From the NCBI RefSeq assembly GCF_000284115.1, contig NC_017080.1, positions 2,850,001 to 2,882,000 on the forward strand: 32,000 nucleotides of DNA. The letters are read 5' to 3'. Source of the stretch: Phycisphaera mikurensis NBRC 102666 (GTDB taxonomy: Bacteria; Planctomycetota; Phycisphaerae; Phycisphaerales; Phycisphaeraceae). A model generated the notes under the pieces. The model was not told the origin of the DNA and made no database searches. It saw nothing but the letters and a program-made list of their open reading frames with translations. Made by a program: the position numbers and the translations under genes. Below are positions 16,259 through 25,712 of the stretch, piece after piece (position 1 is the stretch's first letter; each line of letters starts with the position of its first letter).

Positions 16259-17899
16259 ATGAATTCCTCGAAACGCCGGGTTGAACTGTACGACACGACA
16301 CTGCGGGACGGGACGCAGGGCGCCGGCGTCTCCCTGTCCCTCGTGGACAAGATCGAGCTCACCCGGCTGCTCGACCAGGCCGGCTTCGACTACGTCGAGG
16401 GCGGCTACCCGCTGTCCAACCCCAAGGACGCCGCCTACTTCGAGAAGGTCCGCGGCCTGGCGCTGCGTCACGCGAAGGTGGTTGCCTTCGGCATGACCCG
16501 CCGCCGCGGCGTCGCCGCGGCCGAGGACGAGGGCATGCGCGCCCTCGTCGCCGCCGGCACGCCGGTCATCGCCATCGTCGGCAAGACGTGGGACCTCCAC
16601 GTGAAGGAGGTGCTCCGCGTGAGCGAGGAGGAGAACCTCGCGATGATCGAGGACTCGGTCCGCCACTGCGTGGAAGCGCCCGGCGTGGAGGCCGTCTTCT
16701 ACGACGCCGAGCACTTCTTCGACGGCTGGAACGCCAACCGGGCTTACGCCCTCGAGACGCTGCGGGCGGCCGCCCGGGGCGGCGCCTCCCGGCTGGTGCT
16801 CTGCGACACCAACGGCGGTTCGCTCCCCGGCTTCATCGCCGAAGCGGTCGCCGCGGCCGAGGAGGCCGTCGCCGCCGAATTTCCGGGCCTCCGCGGCGGT
16901 GTCGCCATCCACCCGCACAACGACGCCGGCCTCGCCGTCGCCAACGCGCTCTCCGCCGTGGCCGCCGGCGCCGTGCAGGTCCAGGGCACCATCAACGGCA
17001 TCGGCGAGCGGTGCGGCAACGTCGACCTCATCACCGTCGCGGCCAACCTCGTCTTCAAGCTCGGCCACGACTGCCTCCGCCCCGGCGCCCTCGCCGGCCT
17101 GCGGACGCTCTCCCGCGCGGTCGACGCCCGCGCCCAGCTCGCCCCGCAGCCCGGGCAGCCGTGGGTCGGCGACAACGCCTTCACGCACAAAGGCGGCATG
17201 CACGTGCACGCCGTCCAGCGGATCGCCCACAGCTACGAGCACGCCGACCCCGCCAGCGTCGGCAACCAGCGCCGCATCCTGGTCAGCGAGCTCTCGGGCG
17301 CCAGCAACATCGCCGCGACGCTTGGCGCCCGCCTGGGCATCGACGCCGACCGCCCGCTGCAGCGGCAGCTGCTGGAGCGCGTGCAGGACCTCGAGCACGC
17401 CGGCTACCAGTTCGAGAACGCGCAGGCCTCGCTCGAGCTGCTGGCCCGCGGGCTCATGGGCCAGCGCGTGGACTTCTGGACGCTCGACCACTACCGCTGC
17501 ATCATCCACCGGCGCGGCGGCCGGGCGGGCGGCCCCCCCGGCGGCATCAACACCGAAGCCGTTGTCCGGATGACGATCGACGGCGTGGAGGAGCACCGCG
17601 TCGCCGGCGGCGACGGCCCGATCAACGCGCTCGACGGGGCACTCCGCAAGTGCCTCCGCGACCACCACCCCGGCATCGACCGCCTGCACCTGGCGGACTT
17701 CTCCGTCCGGGCCGTCAACCCCACGGCCGAGAGCGCCGCGAAGGTCCGCGTGGTGATCCGCTTCGACGTCCGCGGGGGCGGCGACGACGCGTCCTTCGGC
17801 ACGACCGGCGTCAACGAGAACATCGTGGATGCGTGCTTTGAAGCGCTCTCGGACGCGTTCCGGCACTTCCTCGCCGATCAGGCCTCGCGCCCGGCCTGA
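16259..17899 (+). CDS. cimA: (R)-citramalate synthase-like / 2-isopropylmalate-synthase family protein
   Basis: VELYDTTLRDGTQGAGVSLSLVDKIELTRLLDQAGFDYVEGGYPLSNPKDAAYF...IHPHNDAGLAVANALSAVAAGAVQVQGTINGIGERCGN; 546 aa; alternative TTG start at 16247. Confidence 0.82.
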   Translation: MNSSKRRVELYDTTLRDGTQGAGVSLSLVDKIELTRLLDQAGFDYVEGGYPLSNPKDAAYFEKVRGLALRHAKVVAFGMTRRRGVAAAEDEGMRALVAAGTPVIAIVGKTWDLHVKEVLRVSEEENLAMIEDSVRHCVEAPGVEAVFYDAEHFFDGWNANRAYALETLRAAARGGASRLVLCDTNGGSLPGFIAEAVAAAEEAVAAEFPGLRGGVAIHPHNDAGLAVANALSAVAAGAVQVQGTINGIGERCGNVDLITVAANLVFKLGHDCLRPGALAGLRTLSRAVDARAQLAPQPGQPWVGDNAFTHKGGMHVHAVQRIAHSYEHADPASVGNQRRILVSELSGASNIAATLGARLGIDADRPLQRQLLERVQDLEHAGYQFENAQASLELLARGLMGQRVDFWTLDHYRCIIHRRGGRAGGPPGGINTEAVVRMTIDGVEEHRVAGGDGPINALDGALRKCLRDHHPGIDRLHLADFSVRAVNPTAESAAKVRVVIRFDVRGGGDDASFGTTGVNENIVDACFEALSDAFRHFLADQASRPA

Positions 17900-18112
17900 C
17901 GGGCCGCCCGCTCGCGCCGCCGCGCATGCCCGGAGGGGGGCTGATGCAACGCCCACACCCACCCCTGGCGGCCGCGGTCCCCGGGTGCCACGCCCGCCCG
18001 GAGGCGGGTTCCGCCCCCGCCGCGGGTCTTCGCCTCTTTGCACAAGCGACCGCTTCGGCGCATCGGGGAAGAGCCGGACCCCCTTTCGCCGGCGGCGCGG
18101 CGCCCCTGGGCC

Positions 18113-18631
18113 TCAGCCCGCCGCGTTCACCAGGTCCGCGATCGCGCGGCGGTTGGCCAGCCGGTCCAGCCGGGTCATCTTGTCGAGGATCATCACGCCG
18201 TCGAGGTGGTCGCACTCGTGCTGCCAGACGCGCGCGGGGAAGCCCGAGGCCGTCCGCTGGAACGCTTCACCGTCCAGGCCCACCGCGCGGATCGTCACTT
18301 CCCGCGGCCGCGTCACCTCCACCTGCACCTCCGGCAGCGACAGGCAGCCCTCCTCCTTCGCCGCGGTCGCGGCGCTCGCGTCGCTGAGGACCGGGTTGAA
18401 GAAGACGTGGTCGTCGCCCTCATCGCCCGACCAGTTCGCCACGAACAGCCGCCAGGGCAAGCCCACCTGCGGCGCCGCGAGGCCCACGCCGGGAGCGGCG
18501 TGCATGAGCTCGATCATCCGGCGGGCCACCGCCCGCGCCTCCTCGCCGGCCGCGTCGACCGGCCTGCAGCGTTCCCTCAGCACCGGATCGGGGTGGTGGC
18601 GGATCGTCAGGCTGTCGAGGTCCACGCCCAT
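18113..18631 (-). CDS. def: Peptide deformylase
   Basis: Motifs GVGLAAPQVG, EEGCLSLP, QHECDHLDGV; 172 aa. Confidence 0.93.
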   Translation of the reverse strand: MGVDLDSLTIRHHPDPVLRERCRPVDAAGEEARAVARRMIELMHAAPGVGLAAPQVGLPWRLFVANWSGDEGDDHVFFNPVLSDASAATAAKEEGCLSLPEVQVEVTRPREVTIRAVGLDGEAFQRTASGFPARVWQHECDHLDGVMILDKMTRLDRLANRRAIADLVNAAG

Positions 18632-18720
18632 GCCCGGAATGATATGCCCTGTCTTATGCTCTCCGGATCGGGCATTACCCTGCCGCCGCACGTCACCCGG
18701 GGGGGGATACGGAGCACCTC

Positions 18721-19101
18721 ATGAGCACGGTAACGAAGAAGGAGTTGATCGAACACATTGCGCAAGCCACCAACCACAAGCGGGTGATCGTCAAGCAGGT
18801 GGTGCAGGAGTTCCTCGACCAGGTGATCGTGGAGCTCGGGCAGGACAACCGCCTCGAGTTCCGGGACTTCGGCGTCTTCGAGGTGAAGCTGCGACAGCCG
18901 CGGATGGCGCAGAACCCCAAGACGCTCGAGCCGGTTTGGGTGCCCGCCAAGCGGAGCGTCCGCTTCAAGACCGGGCGCCAGATGCGGCACGTGCTCGCGG
19001 AGCGGGACGCCGCCGACGCGCCCCCGGGCGGCGGTGCCGACCACGACGGAGCCGGCGTCGGGGGGGACCGATCCGGTGGCGGGTCGGCCTCGACCGCTTG
19101 A
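18721..19101 (+). CDS. HU/IHF-family DNA-binding protein with a short Gly/Asp-rich C-terminal extension
   Basis: MSTVTKKELIEHIAQATNHKRVIVKQVVQEFLDQVIVELGQDNRLEFRDFGVFEVKLRQPRMAQNPKT...VRFKTGRQMR; 126 aa. Confidence 0.92.
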   Translation: MSTVTKKELIEHIAQATNHKRVIVKQVVQEFLDQVIVELGQDNRLEFRDFGVFEVKLRQPRMAQNPKTLEPVWVPAKRSVRFKTGRQMRHVLAERDAADAPPGGGADHDGAGVGGDRSGGGSASTA

Positions 19102-20330
19102 ACTACGGCCCCTCCAGCCGCGGGGGGCCGCCGGGCCTCGCCGAAGCGGCGGCGGCCGAGCTCGCGGCGCTGCCCGCGGACGGCCGCCGCGCTTTGCCGG
19201 CGTGGCGCCGCCGCGGGCGCTTCGCACGCCGAGCCTCCGCCCCCTCCGCAACGCCCGGCGGGCCGGGGGAGCGCCGCCTCCTGCTGGACCTCTCCTCCAA
19301 CGACTACCTCGGCCTCTCGACGCACCCGCGGGTGGTCGCCGCCGCGGTCGCCGCCACCGGTCGCCACGGCGTCGGGGGGGGCAGCAGCCGCCTGATCGCC
19401 GGAGGCGGCCCCGTCCACGCGGCGCTGGAGGCCTCCTTCGCCGCCTTCAAGCACGCCGAGGCCGCCGTCCTGCTGCCCACCGGCTACCACGCGAACCTCG
19501 CGCTGCTCGGCTGCCTCGCCGGCCCCGGCGACTTGGTCCTCCAGGACAAGCGCAACCACGCGAGCCTGCTCGACGCCGGCAGGCTGTGCGGCGCCGACGG
19601 GCGCCGCTGGCCCCACGGCCGGCTCGACCGCCTCGCCGCCCTGCTGCGCGCCGGCGCCGGCGCCCGCCGCCGGATCGTCGTCACCGACAGCGTCTTCTCG
19701 ATGGACGGCGACTGCGCCGACCTCCCCGCGCTCTGCGACCTCTGCGAGGCCCACGGCGCGTGGCTCGTCGTCGACGAGGCGCACGCAACCGGCGTGCTCG
19801 GCGCCGGGGGCGCCGGCCTCGCCGAGCACCAGGGCGTGACGGAGCGCGTCGCCGCCACCGTTTCCACGGCGAGCAAAGCCCTCGGCTCGCTCGGCGGCCT
19901 GGTCAGCGGCCCGCGGCCGCTGATCGACCTGCTCGCCAACCGGGCCCGCCCGCTCATCTACACCACCGCCGCTCCGCCCGGCGTCGCCGCCGCGATCGCC
20001 GCCGCCGTCGCCGTCGTCCGCGACGAGCCGCACCGCCGCCACCGCCTCGCAGCCATCTCCGCCCGCCTCCGCCGCGGGCTCGCCGCCGCCGGCTGGCCCG
20101 TCGCGATGGACCCGACGCCCATCCTCCCGCTTCCCTGCGGCACCAACGCCGCCGCCCTCGCGCTCTCGCGACGCCTGCGGTCCGCCGGCTTCCTCGCCCC
20201 CGCGATCCGCCCCCCCACCGTCCCCCCCGGAACCGCCCGGGTGCGCCTCAGCCTCCGCTGCGACCTGCTCGACGCCGAACTCGACCGCCTGCGGGCCGCC
20301 ATCGGCGCGCCGCCGCAAGCCGTCTCGTGA
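19098..20330 (+). CDS. bioF: 8-amino-7-oxononanoate synthase-like PLP-dependent acyltransferase (alpha-oxoamine synthase family)
   Basis: LDLSSNDYLGLSTHPRVV, VVDEAHATGVLG, VSTASKALGSLGG (PLP Lys); probable TTG start overlapping the HU stop; 410 aa. Confidence 0.82.
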   Translation: MNYGPSSRGGPPGLAEAAAAELAALPADGRRALPAWRRRGRFARRASAPSATPGGPGERRLLLDLSSNDYLGLSTHPRVVAAAVAATGRHGVGGGSSRLIAGGGPVHAALEASFAAFKHAEAAVLLPTGYHANLALLGCLAGPGDLVLQDKRNHASLLDAGRLCGADGRRWPHGRLDRLAALLRAGAGARRRIVVTDSVFSMDGDCADLPALCDLCEAHGAWLVVDEAHATGVLGAGGAGLAEHQGVTERVAATVSTASKALGSLGGLVSGPRPLIDLLANRARPLIYTTAAPPGVAAAIAAAVAVVRDEPHRRHRLAAISARLRRGLAAAGWPVAMDPTPILPLPCGTNAAALALSRRLRSAGFLAPAIRPPTVPPGTARVRLSLRCDLLDAELDRLRAAIGAPPQAVS

Positions 20331-20338
20331 AGCCGGGC

Positions 20339-20384
20339 CCGCGGACCGCCGGATCCGAGGGCGGGGCGTGGCCGCGATCCGCTG
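20339..20384. repeat. Degenerate copy of the 46-bp inverted-repeat element (copy 5)
   Basis: CCGCGGACCG-CCGGATCCGAGGGCGGGGCGTGGCCG-CGATCCGCTG; left end perfect, right end 8/10, same length. Confidence 0.6.
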
Positions 20385-20552
20385 AAGCCCGGATCCGCGG
20401 AGCCGATCGGCTTCGAGATCACACCGCCGAGGGTCCGGCGGAGCGACGGCCTGCCCGCAGCCAGGGCAACCGTGGACGCGTGGGCACCCGGCCGCCCGCC
20501 GCAGAGAATTTTTCGCAACGGGTGGACGGGATCTTGCGGAGCTCTAGCGTCC

Positions 20553-20592
20553 CGGCGGCCCGGGCGTCGCAGCTCCGACGCCCGGGCCGCCG
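20553..20592. promoter_or_regulatory. Perfect 17-bp inverted repeat (6-nt loop) 35 bp upstream of the Mn-catalase ATG
   Basis: CGGCGGCCCGGGCGTCG-CAGCTC-CGACGCCCGGGCCGCCG. Confidence 0.85.
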
Positions 20593-20627
20593 ACCTCTCT
20601 TCCCACCCGAAACCAAGGCTCCCAGCG

Positions 20628-21557
20628 ATGTTTTATCAGGACGACAAGCTCCAGTACGAGGTCAAGTGCGGCAAGCCGGACCCCCGCTTCGCCGTGCTGC
20701 TCCAGCAGGCGATCGGTGGCGTGGAGGGCGAGATCCGCGTCGCGATGCAGTACATGTTCCAGGCCTTCGGCGCGCAGGGGCCCAAGAAGTACCGCGACAT
20801 GCTGATGGAGACGGCGGCCGAGGAGCTGGGTCACATCGAGATGCTCGCCCACGCGGTGGCCCTCAACTTGAAGGGCGCCCCCACGAAGCTCACCGACGAG
20901 ATGGCCGCCAAGGACGGGGCGGTCGCCGCCGCGCTCGGCGGCATGAGCCCGAGGCAGTACCTCTCCACGGGCCTGCACGCGCTGCCGCAGGACAGCCAGG
21001 GCACGCCCTTCGACGCGAGCCACGTCTACGCGAGCGGCAACATCGCGGCGGACATGCTCGCCAACGTCGTCGCCGAGAGCACCGGCCGGGCGCTGGCCTG
21101 CCGCCTGCACCACGCGGCGAACTGCAGCGACATGAAGGACATGCTGAAGTACCTGATCGCCCGCGACACGATGCACCAGAATCAGTGGCTCGCGGCGTGG
21201 GAGGAGCTCGGCGGCGTCAAGCAGCATCCGATCCCGGACACATTCCCGATGGATGAGGAGATGCGGGAGGTCTCGTACAAGTTCCTCGGCTTCAAGAAGG
21301 ATGGCGGCCCGCCGCCGCGGGGCCGATGGAGCGAGGGCGAGTCCATCGACGGCAAGGGCGAGTTCAGCAGCGAGGTCTGGGAACCCCGCGGCCAGACGCC
21401 CGACCTGGGGATGGCGCCGCCGGCGGCCTACGCGCAGACGAGCCAGACCGAGGCCTCCGCGAAGTCCGTCGCCAAGGGTGTGAAGAAGGCGGTCAAGAAC
21501 GCCGTGACGCCGGACCCCAAGAAGAAGAGCCGGGCGTCGAAGAAGAAGACGACCTGA
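20628..21557 (+). CDS. Manganese catalase with a Lys-rich C-terminal tail
   Basis: MFYQDDKLQYEVKCGKPDPRFAVLLQQAIGGVEGEIRVAMQYMFQAFG...DMLMETAAEELGHIEMLA...PFDASHVYASGNIAADMLANVVAE; tail KSVAKGVKKAVKNAVTPDPKKKSRASKKKTT; 309 aa. Confidence 0.92.
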   Translation: MFYQDDKLQYEVKCGKPDPRFAVLLQQAIGGVEGEIRVAMQYMFQAFGAQGPKKYRDMLMETAAEELGHIEMLAHAVALNLKGAPTKLTDEMAAKDGAVAAALGGMSPRQYLSTGLHALPQDSQGTPFDASHVYASGNIAADMLANVVAESTGRALACRLHHAANCSDMKDMLKYLIARDTMHQNQWLAAWEELGGVKQHPIPDTFPMDEEMREVSYKFLGFKKDGGPPPRGRWSEGESIDGKGEFSSEVWEPRGQTPDLGMAPPAAYAQTSQTEASAKSVAKGVKKAVKNAVTPDPKKKSRASKKKTT

Positions 21558-21652
21558 TCGCCATCAAGCCGTGGCGGCCGCACAACGGCGGCCGGCCCCG
21601 CTTCTGCGCCCGCGGACGTCGCGGGCCCCGCACTTTCCGCCTGGACTTCATC

Positions 21653-22240
21653 ATGAACTCCGAAACCACGCACACGCTTCCTGGCACGCCCACCTCCACC
21701 CGGCGCAGGGTCGTGCTCGCCGCCGGCGCCGCGCTGCCCCTCGCCGCCGCCGGCCTTGCCGCCGCGCAGATGGACGCCGTCAAGCAGAAGGCCGACGAGA
21801 TGATGCACGGCGGCAAGAAGCGGCCCGGTGATGCCGTGAAGCGGGCCGGCGAGCTGGGCACCTTCTCCATGAGGGCGAGCGAGACGATGCGCACGAAAGC
21901 CTCCGACGCGTCGCTGAAGGAGTTCGCGAAGCTCGAGGCCGAGGAGCAGAAGACCGTCGCCGAGATCATGTCGGCGAACTTCGACCTGGGTTCACCGGAG
22001 TTCTCCGCCGAGCACCGCAAGAAGCTCGACGAGATGAAGTCCATGTCCTCCGGCCCGGAGCTGGATGAGATGTACCTGTCCGTCCAGATGGACGGCCACC
22101 AGAAGCTGCTCGACCTGCACGAGCAGCTGTCCGCGTCGGGTTCGCTGACCGAGGCGCCGACCGCGGCGTCGGCGCTGGCCGTCTGTGCCATCGAGTCGCA
22201 CCTCGCGATGCTGGAGATGATCCGGAAGCAGATGGGCTGA
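21653..22240 (+). CDS. DUF4142-like secreted helical (ferritin-like) protein with a possible Tat signal
   Basis: STRRRVVLAAGAALPLAAAGLAAAQ; FSMRASETMRTKASDASLKEFAKLEAEEQKTVAEIM; 195 aa. Confidence 0.6.
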   Translation: MNSETTHTLPGTPTSTRRRVVLAAGAALPLAAAGLAAAQMDAVKQKADEMMHGGKKRPGDAVKRAGELGTFSMRASETMRTKASDASLKEFAKLEAEEQKTVAEIMSANFDLGSPEFSAEHRKKLDEMKSMSSGPELDEMYLSVQMDGHQKLLDLHEQLSASGSLTEAPTAASALAVCAIESHLAMLEMIRKQMG

Positions 22241-22316
22241 GCGGGGGCGGTCGGGGCGGCGGGGGCAGAGGCGGCGAAGGCTTCGAGCGCCGGGGAGCAG
22301 GACGACGCGGAAGCGG

Positions 22317-22362
22317 CCGCGGACCGAGGGCCGGGGCGTGCCGAACAGGCCGCGGTCCGCGG
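22317..22362. repeat. 46-bp inverted-repeat element copy 4
   Basis: CCGCGGACCG-AGGGCCGGGGCGTGCCGAACAGGCCG-CGGTCCGCGG. Confidence 0.88.
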
Positions 22363-22430
22363 ATTTTCGCGCGCTCGATGATCCCCGCTTCCACGGTGCA
22401 GCCGCTGCCCCCTTCTTTAGTCTCCCGCTC

Positions 22431-24032
22431 ATGTACGCCTCCCACGGTTTCCTGCGCTCGGACATCGGCGACGTCGACGTCGTGTTCCACGACGGGCTCT
22501 ACCACCTGTTCCACCTGGTGCTGCCCAACCACGACTTCATCGCCCACGCCGTGAGCGACGACGCACTCAATTGGCGGCGGGTGAAGAACGCCCTCTTCGT
22601 CGGCGATCCCGGGGAGTGGGACGACGACATGCTCTGGACGATGCACGTGAGCCGCAACCCCGACCAGGGGCCGGGCCAGCCCGCGTGGCGGATGTTCTAC
22701 ACCGGGCTCTCGCGGCGGGAGTACGGCCGGATCCAGCGGGTGGGCCTGGCGACGAGCAACGACCTGCTGACCTGGGAGCGCTGCACCACGGTCCCGGGGC
22801 TGCCGCTGGAGGCCGACGGCCGCTTCTACGAGAGCACGACCGAGGAGGGGCGGCACTGGGTGAGCTTCCGCGACCCGTTCTTCCACCACGACCCCCAGAC
22901 CGGCACGCGGGAGCTGCTGGTCGCCGGCCGCATCAAGACCGGCCCGGTGATCCGCCGCGGCTGCGTGGCCCGCTACGCGGAGCGGCCCGACGGGAGCTTC
23001 GAGGCGCGGCCGCCGCTGCACCGGCCGGGGCTGTACGACGACATCGAGGTGCCCGCGGTCTTCCGGCTCGGCGACCGCCACTTCATGATCGGCAGCATCC
23101 GCGAGGACGTGAAGATCCACTACTGGCACGCCGACACCGCCGACGGCCCCTTCGAGAACTTCTTCGACAACGTGCTGCTGCCCAAGGGCAACTACGCCGG
23201 CCGCATCACGCAGCTGCCCGACGGCCGCGTGCTGCTGTTCAACTTCTTCGCGAAGCAGGAGAGCCTCGGCGGCCGCGACATCGTCCGCAAGATGCTGCCG
23301 CCGCCCAAGGAGCTGGAGGTGGACGGCTCGGGCCGCCTGCGTGTCCGCAGCTACTCGGGCTACGACGACAAGGTCGAGAGCCAGCGCTGCGCCGCCGAGC
23401 TGTGCCCGCTGCGGCCGCTCTTCGAGCACGAGAACGCCCGGGGCGGCGTGGACGCGGACGGCACGCTGCACCTCTCGACCCGCAGCGGGTACCAGGGCTT
23501 CCTGCTGCAGGGCGAGCACCACCACTTCCGCCTGAAGGCGCGGCTGTCGCTGGAGGGCAACGGCAAGTGCGGCATGCTGCTGCACAGCGACGGCGAGGGA
23601 AACGGCTACTACCTCTCGCTGGACCTCATCAAGGGCGTCGCGCAGCTGCGGGCTTGGGGCACCCGCGAGGGCGGCAGCGTGGAGACGGCCTTCCTCTACC
23701 ACGGCCTCCAGGCCGGCTACTGGGTGAGCGACCCGGCGGGCCCCTGGGAGATCCAGGTGCTCTCGCACGGCATGTACCGCGAGGTGTGTATCAACGGGCA
23801 GGTGCTGCTCACCCTCGCCGACGACACGTTCGCGAACGGCGGCCTGGGCTTCTACACCGAGTCGGCCGCGCTGCGGGTGGAGGACCTGGTGGTCGAGGAG
23901 CTGACCCCGCCGCTGGAGGAGGACCACCAGATGCCCTTCTGCACGACCACCGAGTCCGACCCCGAGCGCGGCGACGGCGTGGGCGCCGGCGCCGGCATGA
24001 GCGTGGGCGTGAGCGGCGGGCAGATGGTCTAG
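22431..24032 (+). CDS. Five-bladed beta-propeller glycoside hydrolase-like protein (GH32/GH43-like) with C-terminal beta-sandwich region
   Basis: GDVDVVFHDGLYHLFHLV, WTMHVS, HWVSFRDPFFHHD (RDP), YDDIEVPAVFRLGDRHFM; C-terminal concanavalin-like region; 533 aa. Confidence 0.7.
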   Translation: MYASHGFLRSDIGDVDVVFHDGLYHLFHLVLPNHDFIAHAVSDDALNWRRVKNALFVGDPGEWDDDMLWTMHVSRNPDQGPGQPAWRMFYTGLSRREYGRIQRVGLATSNDLLTWERCTTVPGLPLEADGRFYESTTEEGRHWVSFRDPFFHHDPQTGTRELLVAGRIKTGPVIRRGCVARYAERPDGSFEARPPLHRPGLYDDIEVPAVFRLGDRHFMIGSIREDVKIHYWHADTADGPFENFFDNVLLPKGNYAGRITQLPDGRVLLFNFFAKQESLGGRDIVRKMLPPPKELEVDGSGRLRVRSYSGYDDKVESQRCAAELCPLRPLFEHENARGGVDADGTLHLSTRSGYQGFLLQGEHHHFRLKARLSLEGNGKCGMLLHSDGEGNGYYLSLDLIKGVAQLRAWGTREGGSVETAFLYHGLQAGYWVSDPAGPWEIQVLSHGMYREVCINGQVLLTLADDTFANGGLGFYTESAALRVEDLVVEELTPPLEEDHQMPFCTTTESDPERGDGVGAGAGMSVGVSGGQMV

Positions 24033-24186
24033 AAGCGCCGCTTGGTGCGCAACGCCGCGGCGCCCCCGCCGGGTCCCGCCGCGTGGTCCCGCCTCCCCGC
24101 GGGCCCGGCCCCCGCGGGGCCGCCCGCCCCGGCCGAGCCGGCGAATCGACGCGAAAGCCGGTCCGCGAGGCCTAGCGTGAGGCCAC

Positions 24187-25557
24187 ATGGACACTCCGAA
24201 GCACCTCCAAGGGCTCCCCCACGTCGTCGTTCTCGGCGCGGGCTTCGCCGGCTTGAACTTCTGCAAGAGCTTCGACGGCCGGGCCCGGGTGACGCTGGTG
24301 GACCGCCAGAACCACCACCTCTTCCAGCCGCTGCTGTACCAGGTGGCGATGGCCGCGCTGTCGGCGCCCGAGATCGCCGAGCCGGTCCGCACGATCTTCC
24401 GCGACCGCGAGAACGTGGTGGTGCTGATGGACGAGGCGAAGAAGATCGACCTGCAGAAGCGGGAGGTCGAGCTGGCGCAGAACACGCTCAAGTACGACTA
24501 CCTCGTGTGCGGCCTCGGCGGCACGAAGACCTACTTCGGCAACGAGCAGTGGGAGGCGCTGGCGCCGGGGCTCAAGAGCCTCGAGGACGCGATGCGGATC
24601 CGTCGCCACCTGCTGCAGAGCTTCGAGCGGGCGGAGACGACCAACGACCCCGAGGAGCGGAAACGCCTGATGACGATCGTCGTCGTCGGCGGCGGGCCCA
24701 CCGGCGTCGAGCTCGCCGGCTCGATGGCGGAGCTGTGCAAGCGGGTCTTCAAGAAGGACTTCCGCCGCATCGACACCCGCGAGTCACGCGTGATCCTCGT
24801 GCACTCCAACGGCCGGATCCTCGAGGAGTACCCCGAGGACCTCTCCGAGAGCGGGAAGAAGCAGCTCGCCAGCCTCGGCGTCGAGATCATCCTCGACAAC
24901 AAGGTCGTCGACATCCAGCGCCACCACGTCGAGCTCTCCGACGGCACCCGCATCGACACCGAGAACGTGCTCTGGGGCGCCGGCGTGAAGGCGAACCCGA
25001 TCACCGCGGGGCTCGGCATCGAGCTGGCCCGCGGCGGCCGGGTCCCCGTCGACCCGGACCTGTCGCTGGCGAGCCGGGGCCATCCGGAGGTCTTCTTCGT
25101 CGGCGACATCGTGTCGATCCGGCAGGAGGACGGCGAGCCGGTGCCCGGCGTGGCGCCGGCCGCGATCCAGATGGGCAAGCACGTCGCCAGGCTCATCGAG
25201 GAGCGGCTGGAGCGGCAGGTCATGAGCTCCGCCGGCGGCGACGCCACCCGGCCCTTCCGCTACTGGGACAAGGGCATGATGGCGACGATCGGCCGCATGC
25301 GGGCCGTCGCCTGGACCGGCGACATCCCGCTGATCCGCGGCCTGAAGATGACCGGGCTGCTCGCGTGGCTCGGCTGGTTGACCATCCACATCGCCTACCT
25401 CGTGGGCTTCCGGAACCGCGTGGCGGTGTTCCTGTCGTGGGTCTACTCGTACGCCAGCTTCCGCCGGGGGGCCCGCATCATCATCTCGCCCGAGCAGGAC
25501 GTCAGCGACCACGACGCGACGAGCTCGGCGGTCGACACGGTCGCCTTGCCGGCCTGA
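24187..25557 (+). CDS. ndh: Type II NADH dehydrogenase (NDH-2)
   Basis: VVVLGAGFAGLNFCKSF, NHHLFQPLLYQVAMAALSAPEIAEPVR, TIVVVGGGPTGVELAGSMAEL, VFFVGDIVSI; C-terminal membrane-associated segment; 456 aa. Confidence 0.92.
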   Translation: MDTPKHLQGLPHVVVLGAGFAGLNFCKSFDGRARVTLVDRQNHHLFQPLLYQVAMAALSAPEIAEPVRTIFRDRENVVVLMDEAKKIDLQKREVELAQNTLKYDYLVCGLGGTKTYFGNEQWEALAPGLKSLEDAMRIRRHLLQSFERAETTNDPEERKRLMTIVVVGGGPTGVELAGSMAELCKRVFKKDFRRIDTRESRVILVHSNGRILEEYPEDLSESGKKQLASLGVEIILDNKVVDIQRHHVELSDGTRIDTENVLWGAGVKANPITAGLGIELARGGRVPVDPDLSLASRGHPEVFFVGDIVSIRQEDGEPVPGVAPAAIQMGKHVARLIEERLERQVMSSAGGDATRPFRYWDKGMMATIGRMRAVAWTGDIPLIRGLKMTGLLAWLGWLTIHIAYLVGFRNRVAVFLSWVYSYASFRRGARIIISPEQDVSDHDATSSAVDTVALPA

Positions 25558-25712
25558 GCCGGCGGCCGCGGCGCGGTGGCTCATCGGCGCAGGCCCTCCC
25601 CGCCCGGGCGTGGGCGTGCGGGTGGAGGACGCGGTTCGCGGGTAGCTTGGCCGCGCACGCCCGCGCCCGCGCCCCGCCGCGGACGCCCCGCCTCCCCCCA
25701 CCGCGACCCGCT

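Noticed and set aside
17900-18112. Possible structured RNA in the gap between the citramalate-synthase-like gene and def
   Set aside because: Only short GC-rich inverted repeats that are expected at this composition; no recognisable conserved architecture.
24156-24168. Half-site AGCCGGTCCGCGA upstream of ndh as an element copy
   Set aside because: No matching left end at the required distance.
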